A stretch of 63,860 bases of DNA, filler included, from Octopus bimaculoides (GCF_001194135.2; 7 parts of 7 records of this genome joined end to end with filler, not necessarily neighbours in it), one strand, 5' to 3'. Positions 36,465-51,565 are shown, numbered from the whole stretch's first letter. The notes: generated by a model from the sequence alone, not told the origin. Program-made: numbers and translations.

Positions 36465-37349
36465 CTTTCTCTATTCCCGAGCGTTAAACTAGTACATCCT
36501 TTTGTTGTTTACACCACCTGTCCTCGTCTGTTGTTGTTTTTTCGTACATTCTCCCATATATATANNNNNNNNNNNNNNNNNNNNNNNNNNNNNNNNNNNN
36601 NNNNNNNNNNNNNNNNNNNNNNNNNNNNNNNNNNNNNNNNNNNNNNNNNNNNNNNNNNNNNNNNNNNNNNNNNNNNNNNNNNNNNNNNNNNNNNNNNNNN
36701 NNNNNNNNNNNNNNNNNNNNNNNNNNNNNNNNNNNNNNNNNNNNNNNNNNNNNNNNNNNNNNNNNNNNNNNNNNNNNNNNNNNNNNNNNNNNNNNNNNNN
36801 NNNNNNNNNNNNNNNNNNNNNNNNNNNNNNNNNNNNNNNNNNNNNNNNNNNNNNNNNNNNNNNNNNNNNNNNNNNNNNNNNNNNNNNNNNNNNNNNNNNN
36901 NNNNNNNNNNNNNNNNNNNNNNNNNNNNNNNNNNNNNNNNNNNNNNNNNNNNNNNNNNNNNNNNNNNNNNNNNNNNNNNNNNNNNNNNNNNNNNNNNNNN
37001 NNNNNNNNNNNNNNNNNNNNNNNNNNNNNNNNNNNNNNNNNNNNNNNNNNNNNNNNNNNNNNNNNNNNNNNNNNNNNNNNNNNNNNNNNNNNNNNNNNNN
37101 NNNNNNNNNNNNNNNNNNNNNNNNNNNNNNNNNNNNNNNNNNNNNNNNNNNNNNNNNNNNNNNNNNNNNNNNNNNNNNNNNNNNNNNNNNNNNNNNNNNN
37201 NNNNNNNNNNNNNNNNNNNNNNNNNNNNNNNNNNNNNNNNNNNNNNNNNNNNNNNNNNNNNNNNNNNNNNNNNNNNNNNNNNNNNNNNNNNNNNNNNNNN
37301 NNNNNNNNNNNNNNNNNNNNNNNNNNNNNNNNNNNNNNNNNNNNNNNNN

Positions 37350-37381
<32 letters not shown>

Positions 37382-37467
37382 GCACACACAGATGGTTCAT
37401 TTATCTTTTACTTCTTTTAGTCATTGCACTGCAGCTATGCTGGGGTACGGCCTTGAAGTATTTAAAT

Positions 37468-37819
37468 CAGGGCTTCTCAACCGCTTTTTACCTATGGACC
37501 CCTTTGATTACAGTTTTACTCTGGTGGGACCCCCATAGCCATTCAATGTTTCAAAACTAGTTTTATAGAAACTTCTTTCAAAATGTCTATTTTGCTTTTC
37601 ATACATTCACTTGTGTAGGTCGATCTATGTAAAATGTCAGAGAAAGAAACCTCGCTGTTTCGTGCAATGCACACCAACACGAGATACATCCAAAGCAATA
37701 ATTTTTCAGGGCCTTTAAAATACAATTGTGGACCTCCAATTTACATATTTCATTTCGTGGACCCCAGAAATCTTATATGTACCCTCAGGGGCTATATGGA
37801 CTCCGGTTGAGAACCACTA
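37468..37819 (-). mobile_element. hAT (Charlie-like) MITE, copy 2, nested in a SINE B 3' half
   Basis: CAGGGCTTCTCAACC ... GGTTGAGAACCACTA termini; SINE B motifs resume on both sides. Confidence 0.75.
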
Positions 37820-37959
37820 ACAAATCTATCTTAATATTTATTCAGTCGGTCATTTTTGTTGAACTACTAAGTCACGGAAACATTAACATGATCTTCGTCT
37901 ACCGAATTCATTCACGAATTACAATGCGAGTTTGTTAGCCACAAGCATACGGATGTGTG

Positions 37960-38430
37960 TATGCGATGTGTTTATGTGTACACGTGTGTGTGTAGTTGTG
38001 TGTGTGTGTGTGTGTGTGCAATATGTTTAGAATCGTACGCGTGTCTGCGCATGGCTGAATGTGTGTGCATGCGAACGTGTGTGCGTAAGTGTGTGTGTAT
38101 GTAAGTGTGTGTGTGTGTCTGTGTGTGTGTGTGTGTGTGTGTCTGTCAGTTTATGTGCGTGTCAGTTTGTGTATGCGTGTCTGTGTGTCTGTGTATGTGT
38201 ATGTGTGTATGTGTGTGTGAGAGAGAGTATGTGTATGTGTGTGCGTGTGTGTGTGTATCTGTATGTGTGGTTGTGTGGGTGTCTGTGTGTGTGTGTGTCT
38301 GTGTATGTGTGTGCGTGTGTGCAACATGTATATGTTTAGAATCGTACGTGTGTCAGTGCATGGGTGGATGTGTGTACGTGCGAGCGTGTGTGCATGTGTG
38401 TGCGAGCGTGTGCATGTGTGTGTGTAGAGC
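37960..38430. repeat. Degenerate (GT)n field
   Basis: Direct inspection; the motif atgtttagaatcgtacg occurs twice inside it. Confidence 0.95.
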
Positions 38431-38921
38431 CAGTAATAAAAGCAATAAAACGATAAAACTATAGGACAGAAATGACAAAATACAATCAACAAGAACAACA
38501 ACAACAATCGCAGCAACAGCAACAAATGACGACCGTTATAGAAGATTAAAGAATGTGTCAGCCAAGGGGGAAGTGAAGTAGGTGTGAGTAGGAAAGGGGT
38601 GTGACACTAAGGACATGTCTGGTCATCGAGGTGCAACGTTTGTGTATTGGTCGTCACTGTCTGATGACCTCTTGCTTGTCACACCATTCCACTGACCAAC
38701 GTCCATTCTAGTTAACTGCTTTATATCTATCTATGTAGCTAAGTAGTCAGAGAGAGGGAGAGAGAGCGAGAGAGATACAGATAGAGAGAGAGAGAGAAGG
38801 AGAGGGANNNNNNNNNNAGAGAGGGAGAGGGAGAGAGGGAGAGGGAGAGAGGGAGATATAAATAGAGAGAGAAAGAGAGAGAAGTACATAGATAGATAGA
38901 TAGAGAGATAGAGAGATAGAG

Positions 38922-38979
<58 letters not shown>

Positions 38980-39288
38980 GAGAGTACACGAAGTACCATC
39001 TTGCTAGAAATAAGGGTTAAAATTCTCACATAAGCCACCAAACTCACTGAAAAACCATTATAGACCAGCAGAATTCGGGCAAATGAGCAAAGAAAAAATT
39101 AACACATTAACTCAGATGAAAGCTGTAGAATTTGGTAATAAATATACCTGCATTATGATTTAGAATTCTAGATTATTCCTCAATCCCCCTCAGCAAGTCT
39201 TACTAGATACCCAGTGTCCAAAACCTACTGGTCTCGCTGCATCCTTTAAGGGTTGGAAAGGCTCACGCCAAATTATGTTCTCTTATTC

Positions 39289-39324
39289 CTTTCTGATGAA
39301 GAGCGTAGGCTCGAAATGTAAACG
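39289..39324 (+). ncRNA. Minimal hammerhead motif (family H3), intact core, eroded stems
   Basis: CTGATGA-A-GAGC-gtag-GCTC-GAAAT-GT-A; shares the downstream gactttctc...aaactaatacacctg tract with 11556 and 36428. Confidence 0.6.
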
Positions 39325-40026
39325 ACTTTCTCACTTCCCGAGCGTCAAACTAATACACCTGCTTGCTGTTCCTACATCTGTCTTCGTCTTTTGTTTTTCT
39401 GTAAATTTCAACCATGCTAGAAAGGGCTGCCAAACCGAAACCACAAAAAAGTAATTTCAAAGAGAATAAAAACAAAAAAAGAGAAAAAACAAACAAAAAT
39501 TATTTATACCTAACCCCAAACTCGAGTATCTGTATTGATGAACAAATAAATTAATTTCCCATCCGTACTTCTTGAGTGGGATCACTAAGACAATGCATAA
39601 TTATGTAGCTAATACGTACCGAAATCACACGTGCGTGCTGCATACTTATACATTATGTTTTCAAATCAACCGCGCAAGCGCAGTCACATTGTCAGCAGCA
39701 AATTATAAATTTAAAACTGCGTACCCATATAAATATATATATANNNNNNNNNNNNNNNNNNNNNNNNNNNNNNNNNNNNNNNNNNNNNNNNNNNNNNNNN
39801 NNNNNNNNNNNNNNNNNNNNNNNNNNNNNNNNNNNNNNNNNNNNNNNNNNNNNNNNNNNNNNNNNNNNNNNNNNNNNNNNNNNNNNNNNNNNNNNNNNNN
39901 NNNNNNNNNNNNNNNNNNAGCCCCAGTGTCGATAAGCCAGCTGGAGGAGATGTCCTCCTGGGGCTAAAAGCAACAGTAACATCCACCCCTAGGGGTCAGC
40001 CACACTTAAGTGGCAATATACTTCAC

Positions 40027-40064
<38 letters not shown>

Positions 40065-40217
40065 TGTTGTGGCTATGTACACACACGTACACGCGCATAT
40101 GTATGCTCTTTAACCCACGTTTCAATCGTTTAACTACGGCCATGCTGGAGTACCGCCTTTAGTCGAATAAATCGACCCCAGGACTTATTCTTTGTAAGCT
40201 TAGTACTTACTCTATCG

Positions 40218-40718
40218 ACCTTGTGTCGAATGGTCGCGCCATCAACGCTGAACTTTACTGCGAGCAACTTGATCGAGTCTACGATGCGCTGGTTGAAAAT
40301 TACCCAAGACTTGTTCGTCGAAAAGGCGCTTTGTTTCAACAAGACAATGCCAACCCACATACCACCAGAAAGACCAGCAACAAGATTGATGAATTGGACG
40401 GTGTGGAAGTTCTGCCACATCCAGCCCATATTCCAGACGTTGCTCCGTCTGACTACAGTCTCTTCCGATCAATGCAGCACTTTATGAAAGGTCACTGATT
40501 TAAGCCATTCGATAAAGTTGAAGAAACCTGTCAAGAATTTTTCGATTTAAAGCCAAAGGATTGGTACTTTGACCAAATCTGAAAACTTGCAGATTGTAGG
40601 CAGAAGGTCGTGGAAAATGGTGGTCTTTATTTTGAAGAATAGTTGTTGTTTTTGAATCAATTCTTGCATTAAAAAATCCTTATTTTAACACGACGCACGA
40701 ATTTTTTCCTCAACCTAG
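40218..40718 (+). mobile_element. Mariner (DD34D) transposase 3' half with right TIR, pseudogenised
   Basis: QQDNANPHT...HPAHIPDVAPSDYSLFRSMQHF...NGGLYFEE* with internal stops; end reads (minus) CTAGGTTGAGGAAAAAA next to TA. Confidence 0.92.
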
Positions 40719-40924
40719 TACATCTAACAAATTTGGAGGCCACATAGGGGTCCCATCATTGGTTCGTCCATTCCGCGTTCAAATATATCTGATGCTTAAA
40801 GATGGCAACGACAATACTACCTTTCAGAGTACGAGTGATTCAGGTACAGATTAGCCAGGTGGGAAACATTCTAATTTAAAACAGGTAAGATGAAGAAGGA
40901 AGAAAATGAGGGAAAGATTTTTAA

Positions 40925-41330
40925 TCTTTTATCCTTTACCTGTTACAGTCATTAGACCGCGGCCTTGCTGGGGCACTGCTTCATGAGAATTTTTAGTCGA
41001 ATGAATTGGCCCCAGTACTGTTTCTAAGCCTGGTACTTGCTCTAATCGGTCTCTTTTTTGCCGAACCGCTAGTTTACGGGGGTGTAAAAACACAAACACT
41101 GGTTGTCAAGTGGTGTGAGGGAAAAACACAGACACAACAACACAAACGCATACTCACACACACACATACGCACACACATATATACGACAGGCGTCTTTCA
41201 GTTTCCGTCTGCTAAATCTACTCACAAGGATTTGGTCATCGCAGGTCTATAATAGAAGACACTTGACAAAGGTAGGACTGAACCCGGAACCTTGTGGTTG
41301 GGAAGCAAACTTCTTACCACACAGCCACGT
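40925..41330 (-). mobile_element. Composite SINE family B, full copy
   Basis: Both halves present in reverse complement. Confidence 0.85.
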
Positions 41331-41721
41331 TAGTGAAGCTTAATGAATTTAGTCATCATGTTAGCCTCCTAATTAAAATACAGCAATTATTAGCAATATC
41401 ATTTGTTTTCATTGCTTAATTAACTAATTATTTTCTCAATACTTTTCCTTCTTACTAAGAATGTTATAGAGAGAGACGTCGTTTCTGTTGCGATTCTCTC
41501 TGCCCCAGTTCTAATCCATTCCAGGCTAACTTTACCTTTCGTCCTTTCGGGGTAGCTAGAATAAAGTACTCGTCAAGAGCTGTTGGAAGTTCGGACAAGG
41601 GACAAAATGACTTCCGGTATTTATCGGAAGAACAGAACTACTAAAAATATGCCAATTCTGATATCATCCATGCTGCAACGATATAGTCTTTGTCTTACAT
41701 GAACTGAAAAATGCTCTGGAC

Positions 41722-42025
41722 ATTCGACCCCCAGGAGTTATTCTTTGTGAATCTAGTACCTATTCTATCTGTCTCTTTGCCGAACTCCTAATTTACGGGG
41801 TCGTAAACGCACCAACATCGGTTGTCAAGAGATGCTGGGAAGACAAATACATACACACAAATACATACATATATATATATATATAGGACAAACACAGACA
41901 AAGACACACACACGCACACATACTCACACACACAAACACATATATATGATGGGCTTCTTTCAGTTTCCGGCTAACACTCACAAGGCTTTGGTCGGCCCTA
42001 CACTATAGTAGAAGACACTTGCCCA
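41722..42025 (-). mobile_element. Composite SINE family B, partial
   Basis: ttcgacccccagg...cacaaggctttggtcggccc...tatagtagaagacacttgccca. Confidence 0.8.
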
Positions 42026-42026
42026 G

Positions 42027-42059
<33 letters not shown>

Positions 42060-42636
42060 NNNNNNNNNNNNNNNNNNNNNNNNNNNNNNNNNNNNNNNNN
42101 NNNNNNNNNNNNNNNNNNNNNNNNNNNNNNNNNNNNNNNNNNNNNNNNNNNNNNNNNNNNNNNNNNNNNNNNNNNNNNNNNNNNNNNNNNNNNNNNNNNN
42201 NNNNNNNNNNNNNNNNNNNNNNNNNNNNNNNNNNNNNNNNNNNNNNNNNNNNNNNNNNNNNNNNNNNNNNNNNNNNNNNNNNNNNNNNNNNNNNNNNNNN
42301 NNNNNNNNNNNNNNNNNNNNNNNNNNNNNNNNNNNNNNNNNNNNNNNNNNNNNNNNNNNNNNNNNNNNNNNNNNNNNNNNNNNNNNNNNNNNNNNNNNNN
42401 NNNNNNNNNNNNNNNNNNNNNNNNNNNNNNNNNNNNNNNNNNNNNNNNNNNNNNNNNNNNNNNNNNNNNNNNNNNNNNNNNNNNNNNNNNNNNNNNNNNN
42501 NNNNNNNNNNNNNNNNNNNNNNNNNNNNNNNNNNNNNNNNNNNNNNNNNNNNTATATATATGATATACATATATCGTTGTTCCTTTTTTGTATCACCTAA
42601 CTGTCTGGATGTTTTGCGTTGTTGTCCCATTTTTGC

Positions 42637-42675
<39 letters not shown>

Positions 42676-43352
42676 GTTTGTATATATATATATATATATA
42701 TATACACATACACACACACATATATATATACATATACATACATATATTTGTATACATACACATGCATATATAAAGTATGAGAGTTCATTTCACAGGATTT
42801 TGCGCACGATTGCAGCTAAGGACTTATGGACTTATATCTACAACATCTCAAATTTGAACTGTGAACTGTTATGCCCCTTTCTTCTTCTCTCTCTTCTCTT
42901 CCTTATTCCTTTACTCCTCTCCTCTATGTCGTCATTTCATTAATCTATGTCCTTCTCATTTTCCTTATTTGCCTCCGATGACAATATCCTATATTCCGTG
43001 ATATCCCAGGAATAGATGTAAGACTTTGAATTTTTTCCAATAATAATAATGTATATGACTTAAGATATTTGCCTTGCCTTAACGTTTGTTGTCCGCTTTA
43101 ACACTTATATACACATACATATATGTATACACATGTTGCTAACAATGCTCAGCTAGGGAGTAATGTTTATCTAGCATTCTCTGATGGAAGATTTTCGTCT
43201 GCTACTGATAGAGTTTTGTTTTTGAACACAGTGCATCTGGGAGTACGAACCCGGACGAAAACCGTTGTTAATTTGGTTGTCGCATGGGATCTACATTATG
43301 GAGGATAATACACAGGTGATTATACATACATATCTATACATGCATGTATATC

Positions 43353-43422
<70 letters not shown>

Positions 43423-43942
43423 CATTGCTATATATATATATATATATATTTAATTAGAGTATATGTTGACCTCATTAAGGGTTGGTTGCATCCAAGGAAA
43501 TACTGATTCAATACCTAGTATTGTCGGGGAATGAAATTTCCTTAAAACAATAGGGATATATAAAGCATATAGTTTATATCCATTAAAAGAAGAAAAGAAA
43601 ATGGAGATTAGGAAGTTAATAATTGTTAATCTTCATTTCTTACAGCCGTTTCAATTAAGACTCAATAATTTCATTAAAAATTTGTATATTAAATTTACAT
43701 TTATGTGACATGAGCATAATTTCATCAGAGGAAAATAGATGTTCCTTTAGATGTTATATTTGGGATTTAGAGAGAGAGGGGGAAGAGAAACAGACAGACA
43801 AACAGAGAAAGAGACAGAGAGAAAGAGAGAGAAAGAGGGAGGAGAGAAAGACAGGCAGAGAGACAGATGATGGACCTAATGTATTTACATAAGGAGGCTC
43901 AATATTTTGCTATAAAACCGTAAATATTTTAGTAGCTTTAAA

Positions 43943-43994
<52 letters not shown>

Positions 43995-44253
43995 TACTGT
44001 AATTAAACGAGTATATATCTGGATGCGTGTGTCTGTGTTTGTGTGTGTGACTGTGTGCGTGCACTAACGCGTATTCTTACACTTACATACCCATATAAAC
44101 ACGCACTTATGAGGATATATGAAGGTAGATATCGTTATGAGTGTATCTGCATGAATATGTGTGTGTTTACGTGTGTGTGAATATGTGTGCTTCAGCGATA
44201 GAGAATATGTGGGCGTTTGTGTGTGTTAAAGTCTGCGTGTACATGTGTCTCTC

Positions 44254-44299
<46 letters not shown>

Positions 44300-45447
44300 T
44301 GTGTGTCTGTGTGTATGTGTATGTGTGTGCGTAAAAAAAGTGTTCCGTAGACGTTGGTGAAGAAGATATGGGTGCCAATTCTTTGACAAGATTTTCAATT
44401 AGCGTTGCTGCCTTCGGTGAAGTCCAGTTGATAATCTTCTCGGCGGTTGAACAACAGAGAGAACAAAGAAGGGAAGTAACTCATAGGAGGATACCTTTGC
44501 AATACACATACACATATATATATATATATATATGCATGTATATGTAAATATATGCATGTATATATATGTATGTATGTATATATATATGTATATATACATA
44601 TATATATGCATATATATATACACACATACACACACACATATATACATGTATATACACATACTCTTTTATATATATATGTATGTATATATGTATGTATATA
44701 CGTATGTATATACGGATACACAGGAAAAGAGAAGACGGAGAGACAGCGTGTGTATGTGTAGGTGTGTGTGTGTGTATGTGTGCGTTTATGTTGGCGGATG
44801 TGTGAGTGAGAGACAAGATAGAAGGCGGGGAAACACTGACATAGAAGGAAAAAAGTAAGCAAAGAGAGTGAGAGAAAGAGAAAGAGGAAGGGAGGGAGGA
44901 GGGAGTTAAAGGGAGGAAACGAGTAATGAAGAAATTGAAAGAAAAAAAAAATGAAAGAAAACGATGTTAAAAAGCGAAATGAAGAAAAAAGACCTGAAAA
45001 ATGAGATTAATATTATTATTACTGATGCTGTTGTTGTTGTTGTAACTGTTGGTAGTATTGTTATTAGTATTACAAGATAATAATAAGAAGAAGAATAAGA
45101 AGAAGAATGAAAAGAAGATAGTGACAACAATGGAGAAGCTAGCAAAATACAGAGACTGATTGGAATATTGTGTGATACGTATGGATGTGTGTGTGTGTGC
45201 GTGTGTGGCGAGAAATACACGTATGTTTGTATGTTTAAATAGAATGTCTGTGTATCTGTGTATTCACACAGGAGTGCACTTATGTGTGTGTATGTGTGTG
45301 TATGTATGTATATATACCTAGAGACTTTACATATGCTGTTGATATATGTATATATATAGTATATATATGTGTGTGTGTGTATATGTATATAATAGAGAGA
45401 GAGAGGGGGGGAGAGGAAGAGAGAGAAAGGCTTTACATATTCTGTTG

Positions 45448-45483
<36 letters not shown>

Positions 45484-45641
45484 GATGTGTATATATTTAT
45501 ATATAAGCTTATATATATACATACACATCGTATATATATATNNNNNNNNNNNNNNNNNNNNNNNNNNNNNNNNNNNNNNNNNNNNTTAATTAATTAANNN
45601 NNNNNNNNNNNNNNNNNNNNNNNNNNNNNNNNNNNNNNNNN

Positions 45642-45675
<34 letters not shown>

Positions 45676-46519
45676 TACCAAATCCAATATACACCCTAGA
45701 TCCAACTCAAGGTTGGTTCTAGGTGTGGCATAAGTATAAAAAGAACACAAAATGGGGTTTAGAATTTACTTACTACACAGCTGTTTCGGTAGTATATTAT
45801 TCATATTTTGATAGATTACATTATAGCATAAATCTACCGTCTTCAGTTAAAATTTTGAACAGGTGTAAATGGACATGTAATTTATTTTACTATTGTCATT
45901 TAATTCCAGTTCAGTCCTTATCGATCAGACGAATAATCATAGAAATTCCATGTATGACAATCTCTGATTGTTATCTCGGGGACTACGTTGTCCAACGTGT
46001 CTTTCTAAATTGAAGACAGGAGAGCGTGATTTGATTGAGATTTTGCTGCTATTTCTTGGAGGTTGATCGACCGCGTAAAGACTCTCTCATTGGTTCATTA
46101 TGGTTGATGTCTGAGAAAGAGTCTTACGTGACTAAATTCAAACAATTTTAATATAGAATTGTTTGTTATCAAGGTCCTGTGCTAGGTACTGTCAAATGCA
46201 ACATCGAATGCATACTTATGCAAAATTACCTGATATGCATTTATCACTGAACAATTGTCTCCCGCACCGTGTCTGAAAATTGAGCTCAGCACATGCTAAA
46301 CACTATCTGAAATTGATTCATCATTTTGTACGGATAGCAAGTTGTAAACACACGTACTATGTGAGAGGATTGCATTTAGGAGAAGCTTTAGTTAGCTTTA
46401 GTCAGCTTTATTCAATTGGGTACAGTGTTGCACGTTTAATTTACGCAGTTTTACTTTTTCCATTTTTTTCCTAACAGCTTGCCGTTATAGTAAAGATAGG
46501 AGATGCATTCATTCTTCTA

Positions 46520-46638
<119 letters not shown>

Positions 46639-48393
46639 GAGTTAAATTTAGCTATCAGCTTCCCTCGTGGTAATATTAAATGTAAATTGGAGTATTAAGG
46701 TCGTATTAGTGTCTGGTGAATGAACATTGCTGAACGAGTATCCGCTGTAAATGGCATGTCATGAACAGCTTATGTAGATTGGCAAGATAGTTAATAGTAT
46801 AAGTGAACAAGTGTTGATTACTGAAATATGCGAGTGGAATGTCGGGTCAGAATGCTGCTGGTATATAACATCAAGGAATCAGTGTTTTAATCGATAAGGC
46901 AGCTTCGAATTTTGTGAGGTGGCCATTGAAAGTGTATACATATAAAATATATACAAACAGACAAATGCACACTTAAGGATATATGTGTGTATGTATGTAC
47001 GTAGAAGTTTACATGTAGAGACGCAAGCCAGATAAGAAGTAATCAATACATAAAGTAGAGTTTATTTATTTGGGTGAAGTCCATAATGCAATCAATGACT
47101 CGGACTTACTCGCGTGCATGCATGATCGTTCAGGCTGTCTGGTAAGGAAATCGAAATGTGACGTGTTATTTATTATCCAAAATGTAACGGTTATGGATCT
47201 AAAAGAGGCTGTACTTAAGATCAATGCTAGCATCTTCCTCAACTTTACAAGGAAACATAAGCAAGTACGATCGCTTTCTTTTATTTCCTTCTTTCTTTCA
47301 GAATCGTTAGTGCGTAGAACAAAATGCTTAGTTGCGTTTTCCCCGGCTCTTTACGTTCTAAGTTCAAACTCCGCCGAGAAACGTTTGCACAAACATAAAT
47401 TCAAATCTTCTTGCAACTCACTCCTATCTCAAGGATGTCAGCAACAAATTTTTCTGTTTTTGAGCTTAGAGTAACAGAAAGGCTTTGTTGCTGATATCCT
47501 TGGGATAGAAATGAGCGACAAGGAGATTTGAATCTACGTTTGTGCAGACACCAGCTGTCAAAGTTAAGTTTAAGTATACAGTACTTTCTGGACAGAAAAG
47601 ATGGATTGTAGGTAATGAGTGAGAGATTACTGCTTGTGTGTTAGTAAGAGGTTTAGGGTTGAGGTTGGATTGGAGTCTGCTGATATTAGAGAAAACGTGG
47701 AGATTTACTCAGCGGATTTCGTGGGGAAGAAACACCTAGGGAAGTATCAGAGAATGTCAGTGCAAGTCACTGGGAGCATGTAACAGAATGAACCCCATTA
47801 ATGGTATAGTTAGCTAAGAGATTGTATTAAACTGAGCAAGGTAATATGCCTAACATCTCGAGAAAAAACGCGGGACCAAAACTGTGAAGGCTCATCGAGA
47901 AACAACAACATATCAACAGTTTTAAACGTATACAATAAAGTATACCCAATGCAGAGGCCAAAAAATGTTACTTAATCAATATTATACGCGTAAGGAAAAG
48001 AAAAATCACGTGTGTTAAATGAAGCAGCTTCTATGTGGTCACTCAAATCGCCCTAAACAGTTGCCAAATCTCTTCTAAAGCACATCGCACTGACTCCCCA
48101 CCCCAAAATGGAAGTATACATTGGACAATGCAGTTCCAACAGAAAAGTTGGATAGCCATGGCTAATACACACAATTACATTACAGGTTCACCTATTGGGG
48201 GGCCAAACGACAGCAAAAAAAGAAGAAAAAGAACGAAAATGTCAACTGTAAGGGATAAAAAAATTGAATAGACATACAGTAAGAGTTTGATCTTTAGTAA
48301 TTATGGTGACAGAGAGAAGCAGAGGGGGAGCAAGAGAGAGAAAGAAAGAAGGAGAGAGAGAGAAAGGAAGAGGGAGAGAGAGAGAGAAAGGAA

Positions 48394-48437
<44 letters not shown>

Positions 48438-48995
48438 CGTTAAATTAGCAGAGTAGAAGTGGATGATATATAGAGAGGAGGTGAGAAAAGTTAAAAGTGA
48501 GTGAAAGAGGCAGACGGCTGATAATTACTGCTCTCGCATCAATAGTTAATATCTGGGAAAGCGATTAAGTAATCCAATTTCAATAGTTACACGAAGAAGC
48601 TGAATTGTTTTTAAACACCAACGTTTTTAAATGATATTAACAGCTTATAGTTTCCTGTGTTGAATTTTCCTAATTTTCACTGTATTACCAGCATAAACAC
48701 AAAAACAGTTTAAGGCCTTTTCCTTTTATTTATTTTTTGCTTGTTTCTGCTTTTTAATTGAGGATCTTATTCGTATTGAATATTTTAGTGATTCAACAAG
48801 TATTTACAAAGTTCAGTTTAGATGTTAAATGCTTCCCAAAAGAATTATCGCACTTTTGTCCCCTTGATGCGAAAAACAAAGCAAAACGCAACTCATAGAT
48901 TTATTAGTGTTTATGGAAACCTTGCTGTGTTTCTCCCCAAACAGATATATATTCACTGCATGACGTAGGAAGAGGGAGAGAGAGAGAGAAAGGAA

Positions 48996-49040
<45 letters not shown>

Positions 49041-49072
49041 TATATATTCACTGCATGACGTANNNNNNNNNN

Positions 49073-49113
<41 letters not shown>

Positions 49114-50530
49114 TATATATTCACTGCATGACGTAGGTTTCCTTTTTTTTAGGCATTATATTTGTTTTGTGGAAACATAAAGATTTATGTTAAATATTCT
49201 GCTTTTGTTTTTCTTAATTCAACCACAAATCTCTATCATATATAGTTATATTGTAATCCAATTACTTCTCCTGCTCATTTTTGAGGACTGGTGAAATCAG
49301 GTCTGCACGCTACTGAAATCTAACGACCTCGAAAAAAGAGAAGTGGAAACCAGCCTACATAGAACTTGAACGCAAAATACAAAGGAACGCCACACATGGC
49401 AGTTTTTCAACACTCCGTCCATATGCATGCTTATGTATACGCGAATGGAGCGTAGAGTGACTGTGACTTCGCAGTTAAACCGACAGCGGCTGGTTAGACT
49501 GTCCAAATGAGTGCTGCCGCCGAAACTTCGAAGAAACAGTCATCATGTATTTAGTTTGATTGAAATATTTAGATTTTAGATCGAATTTGGGTCCTTTGTA
49601 AGTTTTGGGTCTTTGGTGGTTCTAAGGCAGATTCTGCGCAAACATTTCNNNNNNNNNNNNNNNNNNNNNNNNNNNNNNNNNNNNNNNNNNNNNNNNNNNN
49701 NNNNNNNNNNNNNNNNNNNNNNNNNNNNNNNNNNNNNNNNNNNNNNNNNNNNNNNNNNNNNNNNNNNNNNNNNNNNNNNNNNNNNNNNNNNNNNNNNNNN
49801 NNNNNNNNNNNNNNNNNNNNNNNNNNNNNNNNNNNNNNNNNNNNNNNNNNNNNNNNNNNNNNNNNNNNNNNNNNNNNNNNNNNNNNNNNNNNNNNNNNNN
49901 NNNNNNNNNNNNNNNNNNNNNNNNNNNNNNNNNNNNNNNNNNNNNNNNNNNNNNNNNNNNNNNNNNNNNNNNNNNNNNNNNNNNNNNNNNNNNNNNNNNN
50001 NNNNNNNNNNNNNNNNNNNNNNNNNNNNNNNNNNNNNNNNNNNNNNNNNNNNNNNNNNNNNNNNNNNNNNNNNNNNNNNNNNNNNNNNNNNNNNNNNNNN
50101 NNNNNNNNNNNNNNNNNNNNNNNNNNNNNNNNNNNNNNNNNNNNNNNNNNNNNNNNNNNNNNNNNNNNNNNNNNNNNNNNNNNNNNNNNNNNNNNNNNNN
50201 NNNNNNNNNNNNNNNNNNNNNNNNNNNNNNNNNNNNNNNNNNNNNNNNNNNNNNNNNNNNNNNNNNNNNNNNNNNNNNNNNNNNNNNNNNNNNNNNNNNN
50301 NNNNNNNNNNNNNNNNNNNNNNNNNNNNNNNNNNNNNNNNNNNNNNNNNNNNNNNNNNNNNNNNNNNNNNNNNNNNNNNNNNNNNNNNNNNNNNNNNNNN
50401 NNNNNNNNNNNNNNNNNNNNNNNNNNNNNNNNNNNNNNNNNNNNNNNNNNNNNNNNNNNNNNNNNNNNNNNNNNNNNNNNNNNNNNNNNNNNNNNNNNNN
50501 NNNNNNNNNNNNNNNNNNNNNNNNNNNNNN

Positions 50531-50748
50531 NACCACAACTTTCTCTCACTCTTACTTCCTGTTTCTGTTGTGCCTGTAATTAAAAGGGTCAGTCTTGTCA
50601 CACTGTGTCACGCTGAATATCCCCGAGAACTACCTTAAGGGTACACGTGTCTGTGGAGTGCTCAGCCACTTGCACGTTAATTTCACGAACAGGCTGTTCC
50701 ATTGATCGGATCAACTGGAACCCTCGACGTCGTAAGCGACGGAGTGCC
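50531..50748 (-). mobile_element. Family E copy (cut by gap)
   Basis: High identity to 58110-58358. Confidence 0.85.
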
Positions 50749-50916
50749 TACAAAAAAAAATAAAATAGAAAGTTACTGCTTACACTTATTCTTTTTATCA
50801 ATTATATTTGTATATAAGAAAAATTACGAATAACACGTTTCTATTGAACCTCAAGCTTTAATGTGGATTTATTTGCTAAAGCCTTAAATACACTTAATAT
50901 TACAGAGATACATTAG

Positions 50917-51126
50917 GGGCGGTGAGAATCATTATCGCGTCGGACAAAATGCTTAGTAGCATTTCGTTCGACTTTACGTTCTTAGTTCAAATTCTCTCGG
51001 AGTTGACTTTGCTTTTCATCTTTGCGGGGTCGATGAAATAAGTACCAGTTGAGCTCTGGGGTCGATGTAATCGACTAAAAGCCTCCTCTGACCTTGCTGG
51101 CCTTGTGCCAAAATGTGCAACCAATA
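50917..51126 (+). mobile_element. SINE family A
   Basis: Full motif set including ataagtaccagttgagctctggggtcgatgtaatcgac. Confidence 0.85.
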
Positions 51127-51128
51127 TT

Positions 51129-51167
<39 letters not shown>

Positions 51168-51565
51168 CATATCTATGTGTCGCCGTCGGTAGGACAGCTT
51201 CTGCAGTATTCGTCCTGAAATAACATTTCATATGAATCTACTGTGTTAGAAACACAATAAATATCAGAGATAGAGCGATACAAATTTATCCCTGCAGTTG
51301 CCGGTGAGAGCGCCATATGTATTTCGGATTTCCCAACCCCGAAAGTGTGGAGGGCAAAACTAACCAAAAACAGAATCAAATCACAAACTGGAAAGCCGGA
51401 AGAAATGTTCGGCGCTGTAACGATTCTGCTAGCTCACTGCCTTTCTCTGTACACACACGCACACCNNNNNNNNNNNNNNNNNNNNNNNNNNNNNNNNNNN
51501 NNNNNNNNNTTAATTAATTAANNNNNNNNNNNNNNNNNNNNNNNNNNNNNNNNNNNNNNNNNNNN

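Noticed and set aside
48941-49137. gatatatattcactgcatgacgta repeated three times between (GA)n runs
   Set aside because: Straddles a 10-N gap; likely overlap duplication or simple slippage.
51270-51445. Protein-like frame YKFIPAVAGESAICISDFPTPKVWRAKL...
   Set aside because: Weak donor, and the 3' part is a reverse-strand SINE A head; not supportable.
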